Shown: piece after piece, positions 5,868 through 14,608 of the stretch | Layout: each line of letters starts with the position of its first letter | Position numbering within the stretch: position 1 is the stretch's first letter | Assembly: GCA_021323935.1 (NCBI GenBank) | Contig: JAJPJZ010000240.1 | Location: 1-37,291, forward strand | Direction: 5' to 3' | Length of the DNA: 37,291 nucleotides | DNA from: Terriglobia bacterium | GTDB taxonomy: Bacteria; Acidobacteriota; Terriglobia; Terriglobales; Acidobacteriaceae | Made by a program: the position numbers and the translations under genes | The notes under the pieces: generated by a model | What the model saw: only the letters and a program-made list of their open reading frames with translations | Told to the model about the DNA's origin: nothing | Databases searched by the model: none

Positions 5868-8155
5868 AGACACGCGCTGCTGCTGTTACTGCATTGCTCG
5901 CCTGCCTGTTGGTCCCGGCAAACCTTTCGAGTTGCGCAATTCCGTTTGAGCAGATCATCTTCGTCACCCAGCAAACACCCGACCAGCCGTGGGCGCGCTA
6001 TGCAGGCGGCGATCTTGGCATTGTGCTGCCCACGTATGCGCCCTCTTTCCTGGTGGTGGCGTACCGATACATGAATGAAGCACCGCTCTCGAAGCAAGAG
6101 CAGAGCGCCGCTCTAGCGTTCTGGCAGCAACGGCCGCCGGCAGATCCGGACAGCGGCAAAGATCCCGACCAACCCAGGTGGGGAGCAGCTTATGAAAAAT
6201 GGATGGCGGAGCGCGGCGTGATTGCCGATGTTCCGGCGGCCGCCATTGATCGCGAGCAGCAGACGGATTATTTCAATTACTACGTCAACTGCACGGCCAG
6301 TGCACTCACAACTGCCGCCGACACGCTCAACGACCTGGTAAGCCGCTATGGCGCCGCAAATCCCTGGGTTAAGGATTGGGTGGTGGGGCAGGAGGCAGTG
6401 TTCTCAAACTGTAACAACAACGTGCTGCACATCGCGCCAGCGAGCGGCGGCGAGGCGGCCGAAGTTGCGCCGCCTTCCATGCCGCAGCCTGCGCCCGCAG
6501 GCGCTCCCGCGTGGCTGCTTGCCGATCGCGCTTATCAAACCGCCGCTGCCGAGTTTTACGCCGGCCAGTATGACGATGCCGCGTTGCGCTTCCGCCAGAT
6601 CGCCGCCGACCCGAACTCTCCCTGGCACGAACTTGCCGGCTACCTGGTAGCCCGCGCCTACATTCGCCAGGCGACGATGGGGCGCGACGAAAGCGCTTCC
6701 CGCGTGTCCATGGAAGCCGCCGAAAAGCAGTTGATTGCCATCCTCGCCGATTCCAGGTTGGCGGCGGTTCACCACCGATCGCGCATGCTTCTCGATCTGG
6801 TCGAGGCGCGCCTGCATCCGGCTGAATATGCCGGTGAGTTGGGAAGGCGGCTGGCCCGCGATGATCCTGATTTCGAGCACGATGCCGGCGATCTCACCCT
6901 GGTGCTGCGGCGGCTCTCAGGGCGGGATGCAATCACCATGGCGCGGGCCAGCGACCTTGCCGACTGGCTGAACGCCTTCAGAAGCAACGACCCAAGCGTT
7001 CCCGCCTATGCGCTGAAGCGCTGGCAAAGCACGCATTCTGCCGCGTGGCTGGCGATGGCGATTGCCAAAGCCAAGTCCGGCGATCCGGGCGTCGCGGATT
7101 TGCTGGCTGCCGCGGCTTCCCTGCCGCAAGCTTCGCCGGCCTCAGCCACAGTTGAATTTCATCGCATTCGCCTTCTCATCGCGCAGAATGAAACCGGCGA
7201 AGCGCGACGGCTTCTCCAGGCTGACCTCGAGCGGCCATCGCTGCCGCTTTCAGCTCTCAACAGCTTTAAGAGCGAGCGTATGCAGGTGGCCGCGAACCTG
7301 GATGACTTCCTTCGCTTCGCGCAGTTGCCGCCAGCCGGCCTTCAAGGCGAATTCGAAACTGCCGGCATGCCTGGCGATTCGAAGGACCCGCACGCCCGCC
7401 TGGCCATCAGCGATGAAGCTGCTCGCGCTCTGAGCCATTTATTCCCCATGCGCCTGCTGGCAGACGCGGCGCAATCGAGTATCCTGGTGCCGCACCTGCA
7501 CCGCGACCTTGCGCTTGCTGCATGGACGCGCTCGGCGCTGCTGCCGGCGCAGCAGGAAATTGCCGTTCGCCTGGCGAGCACCGTGGCCGCAGCCGATCCA
7601 TCGCTCGCCGCTGACATGCAGGCGTATCGCAGAACTATCAGCGAATCGCATTCGGCGGCTGCGCGCCAATTCGCCGGCGCGTTCCTGATTCTTCAGCTTC
7701 CGGGCTTGCAGCCTGCCGTCAGGCCAGGCTTCCAGCGCAGCACCTGGGGGCCAGGGTCGGACGAAGGCATCAGGCAAATTGATAATTTCCGCGATAACTG
7801 GTGGTGCTCCCTCAAACCGCCGGCTCCAAACTCCATGAATCCGCAACCCGCGCCCGCGCCGCCGGCGATTGCCTTCCTCAACGACCAGGACCGCGCCGCC
7901 GCAAGCCGCGAGTGGAACGAACTGGCGGCACAGGGCGCCGGGCCTGACGCGCTGGCTTCCGCTGTGCTGGCTTATGCTCGCCATAACCCTGACGACAGCC
8001 GCATTCCGCAAGCGCTCCACCTGGTCGTACATGCCGGCCGCTTCGGCTGCAACGACGAAGCCACCGGACCGCTGATGCATGCCGCTTTTGGCCTGCTGCA
8101 TAGCCGGTACGGCCAAACCGAATGGGCAAAGAAGACGCCTTACTGGTTTAAATAG
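5864..8155 (+). CDS. large hypothetical lipoprotein (763 aa) with a TPR-like segment
   Basis: Lipobox-like signal (LLACLLVPANLSSC). TPR-like AAAEFYAGQYDDAALRFRQIAADPNSPWHELAGYLVARAYIRQA. No family recognised. Translationally coupled to 5112..5867. Confidence 0.75.
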   Translation: MKTRAAAVTALLACLLVPANLSSCAIPFEQIIFVTQQTPDQPWARYAGGDLGIVLPTYAPSFLVVAYRYMNEAPLSKQEQSAALAFWQQRPPADPDSGKDPDQPRWGAAYEKWMAERGVIADVPAAAIDREQQTDYFNYYVNCTASALTTAADTLNDLVSRYGAANPWVKDWVVGQEAVFSNCNNNVLHIAPASGGEAAEVAPPSMPQPAPAGAPAWLLADRAYQTAAAEFYAGQYDDAALRFRQIAADPNSPWHELAGYLVARAYIRQATMGRDESASRVSMEAAEKQLIAILADSRLAAVHHRSRMLLDLVEARLHPAEYAGELGRRLARDDPDFEHDAGDLTLVLRRLSGRDAITMARASDLADWLNAFRSNDPSVPAYALKRWQSTHSAAWLAMAIAKAKSGDPGVADLLAAAASLPQASPASATVEFHRIRLLIAQNETGEARRLLQADLERPSLPLSALNSFKSERMQVAANLDDFLRFAQLPPAGLQGEFETAGMPGDSKDPHARLAISDEAARALSHLFPMRLLADAAQSSILVPHLHRDLALAAWTRSALLPAQQEIAVRLASTVAAADPSLAADMQAYRRTISESHSAAARQFAGAFLILQLPGLQPAVRPGFQRSTWGPGSDEGIRQIDNFRDNWWCSLKPPAPNSMNPQPAPAPPAIAFLNDQDRAAASREWNELAAQGAGPDALASAVLAYARHNPDDSRIPQALHLVVHAGRFGCNDEATGPLMHAAFGLLHSRYGQTEWAKKTPYWFK

Positions 8156-8259
8156 CTTTCCGCGATGGCGCGTTGAACGCGCGGCAACTGCTGTGGCGCA
8201 GCGTGCTTCCAAGTTCATGAGAGTAGCTGTCTGCCTTCCCGGCGCCCGCATCGGCTTGC

Positions 8260-9111
8260 ATGGCATTTTCGCGCTTACATGAGGAATTCGACGTCTCGCC
8301 TGAACTGCGGCGGGTGTATGCCGACGTGCGTGCCAGCTTCGACTTGCCATTCGTTCCTTCGCTGTTCAAGGCGCTGGCAGCGTCTCCTGAATACCTGCGC
8401 GCGTTGTGGGACGACCTGGGGCCGGTGGTGCGCTCGCGCGAGTTTCGTTCCGCCGCCACCGCGCTCGATGAGTTCACGCGATCGCTGCCGGTGCGCGGCG
8501 GGTGGCGATACAGCGACCAGGAAAAAGTGCTGGCTTCGCAAAAATTCACCCAGTCGGATGTTGAAGCGCTGGGCACGGTGATTTCCGTCTTTGCGCGGGC
8601 GCTGCCCCGCATGCTGCTGTTCACCCGACTGTTGCAGCGCGGGTACTCCGGCGGGCAGGCGGGACGGATCAGCGGCGCCAAGCAGGCGGCCGCGCTTTCG
8701 CGCCTGTTCACGCTGCAGGTGCCGGCAGAAAAAGATTCCGGGCTGCGCGTGTGGCTTATCTATAGCGACCTGAAGCGCACGCTCGATTCAAAGCACGTCC
8801 CCAGCATCTTTCGCATGCTCTCGCCGTTTCCCGGATACCTGGGCAGCGTGTGGGTTGACACCAAGAAGCTGCTCTCAGATTCAAATTTCCAGCGCTCGCG
8901 CGATGAGATGGCGCGGCGCGCGCTCGGCTTGGTTGTGGGGCTCCCGGTGCGCGACCATCGCCAGCATGCGCGCGCAGTTCCGGCGGCGCAGTGGCGCGAG
9001 ATTGAAGAAACCGTGGATGCCTATGCGCGGCTGCTTCCGCCGCTGACGCTCGCCATCGCGGTGCTTGACCGCTCCTTCCCTAAGCACACCAGCAACTTCC
9101 TTGCCGCATAG
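8260..9111 (+). CDS. DehI-like (group I alpha-haloacid dehalogenase family) protein
   Basis: Two internal repeats, each opening with a DehI-type motif: VYADVRASFDLPFVPSLFKALAASPEYLRALWDDL and LIYSDLKRTLDSKHVPSIFRMLSPFPGYLGSVWVD. Compare DehI YEDIRLTLRVPWV..ATFPGYLPLAW, quoted from memory. Confidence 0.65.
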   Translation: MAFSRLHEEFDVSPELRRVYADVRASFDLPFVPSLFKALAASPEYLRALWDDLGPVVRSREFRSAATALDEFTRSLPVRGGWRYSDQEKVLASQKFTQSDVEALGTVISVFARALPRMLLFTRLLQRGYSGGQAGRISGAKQAAALSRLFTLQVPAEKDSGLRVWLIYSDLKRTLDSKHVPSIFRMLSPFPGYLGSVWVDTKKLLSDSNFQRSRDEMARRALGLVVGLPVRDHRQHARAVPAAQWREIEETVDAYARLLPPLTLAIAVLDRSFPKHTSNFLAA

Positions 9112-9114
9112 CAT

Positions 9115-10221
9115 TCACCGAAAGGCTTTGGCCACAAAGCGCGCCAGATGCCAGGCATCGAGGAACTTAAAGGGCGTTTCGCCAGTGGTGTAGTGGCCGC
9201 AGGGCAGCACGGCGACGCGATAATCCAGGTTCCACTGGCGAAATTCCTCGACCGTTTGCAGCGAGAGCTCAGGCAAGAAGGTCAGGTCATATTTCGCGTA
9301 CACGACCAGCGACTGCTTCGGCCAGCGCGCAAACTTGCTGAAATATGAGTGCGGGCTGATCGCAAGCCACGCTTCGCGCAGGCGTTCGCGATCGATCACC
9401 GGCTCGACCGCGGCACGAATATGGCGCGTGGATTGTCCGGTCCACACGACGTCGCCGAAATACGTCGAGCCATGATTGAAGGCGTTCACGCGGAGCCGCC
9501 GGTCGTGCGCGCTGGCCAGGAAGGCGTAGCACGAACCGAGGCTGGTGCCGATGATGCCGAAATCGGTGTAGCCCTGCTGCTCGAGCCAATCAAGGCAGCA
9601 GCGAATATCGGTTACGGCCTGGCGGCCGGCGTCGAGCGTGCGGGCAATGTTCGATGAAACCGCGTAGTCGGCGCGCTCCAATCCTGCAGGCATGCGCACG
9701 TCGTGGTAGGGCATGGAAAGCCGCAGGGCTGAAACGCCGAGGCGGTTGAAAATTCGGCACAGCGCATTGTGGCCCCATTGATCCGAGTTCCACTGCGGCA
9801 GCACGAGCACTGCGGGTTTTCCGAAGCGGCTGCGCCGCGATTGGCGGGCACAGAACCAGCGCGCATTGGCGATGTTGTTCTCGGGGAACGGCGTCGCTAC
9901 CGGCGAGGTGAACCGCAGAAACTGCGCGTCTTCAAGCCGTGCATCCTGTTTTCCGCGCGGCACCGAGCGCGTCTCAAGCCGGTAATCGGGGGGCGACTGG
10001 TACGCGAAGAACTCATCGCTGCGTTCCACGATCCGCCGGTTCAGTTCGAAAATGAAGCGGCCGGGGTCGCCGGCTGCGCCCGCGAAATCGCCATTTACCA
10101 GCGGCCAGCGTTGCGCCCACTGCTCGCCCCACTCGAACGGGCGCACCACGCGGTTGGTATCGCGCGTGGTCAGGCGTGTCTCCCAGTCATACATCCACTG
10201 GCGATAGCGATCGCGAAGCAT
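9115..10221 (-). CDS. alpha/beta-fold hydrolase
   Basis: Nucleophile elbow GTSLG in IIGTSLGSCYAFLASA. Overall length and pattern fit an alpha/beta hydrolase. Convergent with the DehI-like gene, with only 3 nt between the stop codons. Confidence 0.75.
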   Translation of the reverse strand: MLRDRYRQWMYDWETRLTTRDTNRVVRPFEWGEQWAQRWPLVNGDFAGAAGDPGRFIFELNRRIVERSDEFFAYQSPPDYRLETRSVPRGKQDARLEDAQFLRFTSPVATPFPENNIANARWFCARQSRRSRFGKPAVLVLPQWNSDQWGHNALCRIFNRLGVSALRLSMPYHDVRMPAGLERADYAVSSNIARTLDAGRQAVTDIRCCLDWLEQQGYTDFGIIGTSLGSCYAFLASAHDRRLRVNAFNHGSTYFGDVVWTGQSTRHIRAAVEPVIDRERLREAWLAISPHSYFSKFARWPKQSLVVYAKYDLTFLPELSLQTVEEFRQWNLDYRVAVLPCGHYTTGETPFKFLDAWHLARFVAKAFR

Positions 10222-10335
10222 GATGAGGAATATAACAAACGGCGCTGCGCGTCTTCTGCGCGCTCCGCATCGCCCACGACGAACTCATCGACAGCGTCAG
10301 TGCGTGCCTCAACGCAGATAAATCGATTTTGCCGC

Positions 10336-10365
10336 ACAAAATTAAGGGAGGCCTGCAGGCCTCCC
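10336..10365 (-). terminator. rho-independent terminator of the Ig-repeat exoprotein gene
   Basis: Perfect hairpin GGGAGGCC-TGCA-GGCCTCCC (10346-10365), followed on the minus strand by TTAATTTTGTG. Confidence 0.7.
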
Positions 10366-10401
10366 TCGGTCGAATGAAACTTGCGAACTGCTGGCGAATC
10401 G

Positions 10402-11697
10402 TTACCAGTAGCGCAGCGAGACTTTGTCGAGCCACACATCGTAAGCCTGCTGCGAGCTGTTGCCGTCCATCTGGAAGGCGACATTCAGTTCGCTCACGCC
10501 GCTCGGAATCTGGTTGTAGGCGCGATTGATATAGCTCTTCACGCCATTCAGCGTCACGGCAACGAATGTTCCCTGGTTGTAGGCGCTGCGATAGAACTCC
10601 AGCGTCAGGTGGTTCCAGGTGTAGGTTGGAGGCGCGGGGCAGGCGATGCCGGTCGGCATCCAGCGCTTGTTAGCGCCGTCCCACACGTCCCATTCATGCG
10701 AGCCCCTGACATCGCACTGCGTGCCGAAGATGTACTTGATGCCGCCGACTGACTGGTTCACGTCGAACTCAAGCGCCTGCGGTGCGTTGGCGTCTTTGTA
10801 ATAAAAATAAAGGTCATACACGAAGTGCGTGGCGCCGGCCTGGGGCCCAAGCTGCTTCCACCACAGGGCATCGCTGTAGGGCGTGCTGCCGCCGAGCGAG
10901 AAGTGCGCCGACTGGCCGTCCATCGAGGGCGAGCTGTTGAACTGCGACATGCCGAAAGTCGCTACCGAACCGTTGCCGCCCGCACCGGCACACACCGTGC
11001 AGTTCTCCCAACCGGTCATCTGGTCGATATCGCCGATCGTAGTGCCGACGCTCGGCGCGGGAGTTGGCGTGGGCGCAGGAGTGGGAGCGGGCGTTCCGCC
11101 GCTGACCGTGATGGTGCGCGCGTCTTTGTAAACCGTGCCGCTGATGTCCCAGGCTTGGGTCACAACGTGGTGGCTGCCGCTTCCAAGCGCGATGTAGGTG
11201 TTCAGGCTGCCTGACTTGGTGGTGTAAACCGAGGCATTGTCAACGTAGATCGTCATGGCTGAGATCGGGTCAGGCGCCGAGGACGACGCCACGAAGTGAA
11301 CGGGCGAGCCCACGGTCGCGCCGCTTGCCGGCGAACTCACCGAAACCACCCCGCTGCCGGAACCGCTTGCCGGCGGAGGCGCCGACGCTGAAACCGTAAT
11401 GGTCTCCGCGCTCTTCTGCACCAGCCCGGCGGAATCCCACGATTGCACCACGACGGAGTGCGCGCCGGAACTCATCGTTACGTAAGTGTTCAGGCTGCTG
11501 CCGCTCGCCTTGTAGGCCAGCGCGTTGTCCACATAGATGGCCATCGCCGTCACCGTATGGGTGGAACTGGCCGACGCCACAAAGTGAACTGAGGATCCCA
11601 CGGTCGATCCGTTGGTGGGAGAGGATACCGAGACTGCCGCCATGCCGGCGGTAGCAAACGCGAACATTGCGCAGAAAACCAGGATCTGCTTTTTCAA
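10402..11697 (-). CDS. secreted protein: two Ig-like repeats, Pro/Thr linker, C-terminal Cys-containing beta-rich domain
   Basis: TTG start with GGGGAG 6 nt upstream. Signal peptide MKKQILVFCAMFAFATAGMA. Two ~83-aa repeats (VSVSSP..G.TVGS.VHFVASSS....SAM.IYVDN....K.SGSLNTY.....G.H.VV.Q.WD..G...K...TITVS). Linker GGTPAPTPAPTPTPAPS. About 210-aa C-terminal domain. Confidence 0.85.
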   Translation of the reverse strand: MKKQILVFCAMFAFATAGMAAVSVSSPTNGSTVGSSVHFVASASSTHTVTAMAIYVDNALAYKASGSSLNTYVTMSSGAHSVVVQSWDSAGLVQKSAETITVSASAPPPASGSGSGVVSVSSPASGATVGSPVHFVASSSAPDPISAMTIYVDNASVYTTKSGSLNTYIALGSGSHHVVTQAWDISGTVYKDARTITVSGGTPAPTPAPTPTPAPSVGTTIGDIDQMTGWENCTVCAGAGGNGSVATFGMSQFNSSPSMDGQSAHFSLGGSTPYSDALWWKQLGPQAGATHFVYDLYFYYKDANAPQALEFDVNQSVGGIKYIFGTQCDVRGSHEWDVWDGANKRWMPTGIACPAPPTYTWNHLTLEFYRSAYNQGTFVAVTLNGVKSYINRAYNQIPSGVSELNVAFQMDGNSSQQAYDVWLDKVSLRYW

Positions 11698-11830
11698 AAC
11701 TGCTCCCCTCTAGAAGTGGATTGCCTTTGCGTTACTTCCAAGTCAACACCGGCCGATTTGCCGATGCAGGCTTCGCCTTGGGAATTTCAAAAGGCGGATT
11801 CAGCGGCTCGCTGAGTTCTCGCCGCCAGCG

Positions 11831-11878
11831 CCGGACGGGACATTACCTCTCAGTGCCGTCTCCCGTCTGGCCCTTTTT
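11831..11878 (+). terminator. orphan plus-strand terminator-like hairpin in an intergenic region
   Basis: 10-bp stem CCGGACGGGA (11831-11840) / TCCCGTCTGG (11861-11870, one G-U), 20-nt loop, then CCCTTTTTG. There is no plus-strand gene upstream. Confidence 0.3.
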
Positions 11879-12055
11879 GAAAAGTATTGATTGATCAACT
11901 CTGGTTGGATAAGCAGAACACCTTAAGTGAACGCTAATAAAGACCTGTGTTTACCTTATGCGAACCTAAGGTTTTGGCCTGTTCACTGGGCCCGATAATC
12001 ACCTGAGATAACGACGTAACATGTTGAGGTGAAGCCGCTTACCTGTTAATTGCCG

Positions 12056-13213
12056 CTAATCGCTGCTGCAATAGCGCCGCGGCACCCGCGCGGAGATAGC
12101 GCACAGGGTTTCGTAAGGAATGGTATGCGCCAGGGTGGCGTGCTCCCAGGCGTCGAGGCGGTGTTCGCCCTGGCGCCCGATGATAACTACTTCGTCACCG
12201 ATGCCAACCGAGCGAATGGCTGACACATCAATCAGCGTCACGTCCATGGAGACGCGGCCGATGATGGGCGCGACTTCGCCGCGCACCAGCACCCGGCCCA
12301 TCGACGAGAGCTGCCGGTTGAGGCCATCGGCATAGCCGACCGGCAGAACCGCAATCGTCATAGGACGGCGGGCCGTGTAAGTTGAGCCGTATCCCACGCC
12401 GGCGCCGGACGCGACCTGGCGCAGACCCGTGATGCGCGTCTTCCAGCTCAGCACCGGCTCAACCGCCAGGCCACGCAGTTCGCTCGGCCGACCGGTGCTG
12501 GAAACAAACGGAAGGTAGTAACCGTAAAGAGAAATGCCGGGACGCACGAAGTTGTGATGCGACTGCGGCAGCCCGGCGATCGCCGAACTGTTGGCGGCGT
12601 GAACGATGGGCGGATTGATTCCCTGCCTGCGAAACTCGGAAAGCGCGGCGTCAAAGCGCGCAAGCTGCTCCGCGTTGGTTTCCGAATCGAGAATTTCTGA
12701 TGATGCCAGGTGCGTGAAGACGCCTTCGATTCGCACCTGCTTGAATTTCGGCAGGAGCTTGCAAAACTCGGCCACCTTGTCGTGCTCCACCCCCAGGCGC
12801 GACATACCGGTATCGACTTTAACGTGGACCTTCGCTTGCGCGCTCAGTTTGCCGGCAACGCCCTCGAGGAGCTCGAGGCTCTCCTGCTGCCACACCGCCG
12901 GGGTAAGCCGGTGACGAAGCACCGCCTCCTGTTCGCCGCGCCAGAAGCCGGTCATCAGCAGAATGCCGCCTTCAATTGCAGCTTCGCGCAGGCGCACGCC
13001 TTCGTCGGTTGAGGTCACGCCGAACCAGGTTGCGCCCGCCTGCTGCAGGGCGCGGGCGCATTCCGCGGCGCCGTGGCCGTAGGCGTCGGCTTTAACGACG
13101 GCGCACACCGTTACGCCGGGGCCGACATGCCGGCGGATCAACTCAAAATTGCGCACCAGTGCCGGAAGCGACACGTCAACCCAGGTGGGGCGTGAATTTG
13201 AGGGAAGCTGCAT
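12056..13213 (-). CDS. alr: alanine racemase
   Basis: PLP-lysine motif VVKADAYGHGA. Length 385 aa and overall pattern match Alr (..GILLMTGFW.., ..VGYADG.., ..GRVSMD..). Confidence 0.92.
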   Translation of the reverse strand: MQLPSNSRPTWVDVSLPALVRNFELIRRHVGPGVTVCAVVKADAYGHGAAECARALQQAGATWFGVTSTDEGVRLREAAIEGGILLMTGFWRGEQEAVLRHRLTPAVWQQESLELLEGVAGKLSAQAKVHVKVDTGMSRLGVEHDKVAEFCKLLPKFKQVRIEGVFTHLASSEILDSETNAEQLARFDAALSEFRRQGINPPIVHAANSSAIAGLPQSHHNFVRPGISLYGYYLPFVSSTGRPSELRGLAVEPVLSWKTRITGLRQVASGAGVGYGSTYTARRPMTIAVLPVGYADGLNRQLSSMGRVLVRGEVAPIIGRVSMDVTLIDVSAIRSVGIGDEVVIIGRQGEHRLDAWEHATLAHTIPYETLCAISARVPRRYCSSD

Positions 13214-13297
13214 GGCGGGCGAGAAGTGAAAGGTTAAAGCCTAAGAGTGAAAAGCGCAAAAATGTTGATTAAGGTGAAGGCCTTGCACGCCCTGCGC

Positions 13298-14515
13298 TTA
13301 TTCGAAACGCAGGGCTTCAATTGGGTCCAGCAGCGCAGCTTTTCGCGCGGGATAAAAGCCGAAGAACACTCCCACGGCGCAGGAGAACACGGCTGCCATT
13401 GCGATTGCCTGCAGGGAGAGCGAGATGCGCCAATCGAGGGTGCGGCCGAGCGCATAGGAGCCGAGCAGTCCAACCGCCACTCCGGCCATTCCGCCAACGC
13501 CGCTGAGCAGCAGCGCCTCGCCCAGGAACTGGCGCTGCACATCGCCTTCGGTCGCGCCGATGGCCATGCGCAAGCCGATCTCCTTGGTCCGCTCCGTCAC
13601 GCTGACCAGCATGACGTTCATAATCCCGATGCCGCCCACCAGCAGCGAAACCGAAGCCACCGCAATCAGGAACACGGTAAAGGTGCGGCTGGCGTCGAGC
13701 TGCGCGTTGATGATTTCATCAGGGCGGCGAATGTTGAAATCGTCGGGCTGAGCAGGCCGCAGTTTGTGGCGGTCGCGCAGCAGCGCCGAAACCTGGTCGA
13801 TGGCCGGCAGCACAGCCTCAGGCGAAATTGCCGAGCACCAGATATCGTCGAGCCAGTAGTGGCCCGTGATCTTCTTCATGGCCGTGGTGTAGGGCACCAA
13901 GATGGTGTCGTCCTGGTCCTGGCCGAAGCCGGTTTGCCCTTTGGGCGTCAACACGCCGACCACCCTGAACGGCAGCGTGCCGATCCTGACTTCCTTGCCG
14001 ACCGGGCTTTCGTCGCCGAAAAGCTGCTGCCGCACCGTTTCGCCCAGGATGACGACGTTGGCGGCGCGATCCACATCGGAATCGGTAAACTGCTCGCCCA
14101 CCGCGACCGGCCAGCGCTTGATTTGAAAATACGAAGGCGTGATTCCGCGGCCGTGCGTCGCCCAGTTCTTGTTGCCGTAAACTACCTGGCCGTTTACATC
14201 GACGTTGGGCGAGGCTGCCTTGATGAGCGGCGCCTGCTTCAGGATGGCATCGACATCGCCCGGCACCAGCGTGCGCGTGCCGTGGTTGCCGGTACGCACG
14301 CCGTTGGGTGCACGGCCTCCTTCTTCAATCCAGACAAAATTTTCTCCCAGGTTATTGAGCTGGTTCTGGATCTGTTCCGACCCGGCCTGGCCGATGCCCA
14401 CTACGCAAATCACGGCACCAATGCCGATCATGATGCCGAGCACCGTGAGCCCCGAGCGCAGCTTGTTGCGCACCAGCGTGCGAACCGCGCTTTGCAAAGT
14501 GGAGAGCGGATCCAT
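13298..14515 (-). CDS. ABC transporter permease, MacB/FtsX type
   Basis: N-terminus MDPLSTLQSAVRTLVRNKLRSGLTVLGIMIGIGAVI, a large periplasmic domain, and a C-terminal FtsX-type 3-TM bundle (..ERTKEIGLRMAIGAT..DV..QFL.EA..). No ATPase gene is adjacent. Confidence 0.9.
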   Translation of the reverse strand: MDPLSTLQSAVRTLVRNKLRSGLTVLGIMIGIGAVICVVGIGQAGSEQIQNQLNNLGENFVWIEEGGRAPNGVRTGNHGTRTLVPGDVDAILKQAPLIKAASPNVDVNGQVVYGNKNWATHGRGITPSYFQIKRWPVAVGEQFTDSDVDRAANVVILGETVRQQLFGDESPVGKEVRIGTLPFRVVGVLTPKGQTGFGQDQDDTILVPYTTAMKKITGHYWLDDIWCSAISPEAVLPAIDQVSALLRDRHKLRPAQPDDFNIRRPDEIINAQLDASRTFTVFLIAVASVSLLVGGIGIMNVMLVSVTERTKEIGLRMAIGATEGDVQRQFLGEALLLSGVGGMAGVAVGLLGSYALGRTLDWRISLSLQAIAMAAVFSCAVGVFFGFYPARKAALLDPIEALRFE

Positions 14516-14555
14516 AAGGTTGCAGATCGTGTTGCTGCGCGTGTTTGCTCAAGCC

Positions 14556-14586
14556 GGCCGGCGCTTGCGCAGGCAAGCTGCCGGCC
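14556..14586. other. strong GC hairpin between the DHS-like gene and the permease gene
   Basis: GGCCGGC-GCTTGC-gcag-GCAAGC-t-GCCGGCC: 13 bp with a single bulge. No U tract on either strand. Confidence 0.5.
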
Positions 14587-14608
14587 CGAAACACTGCGCC
14601 CTGCGTGC

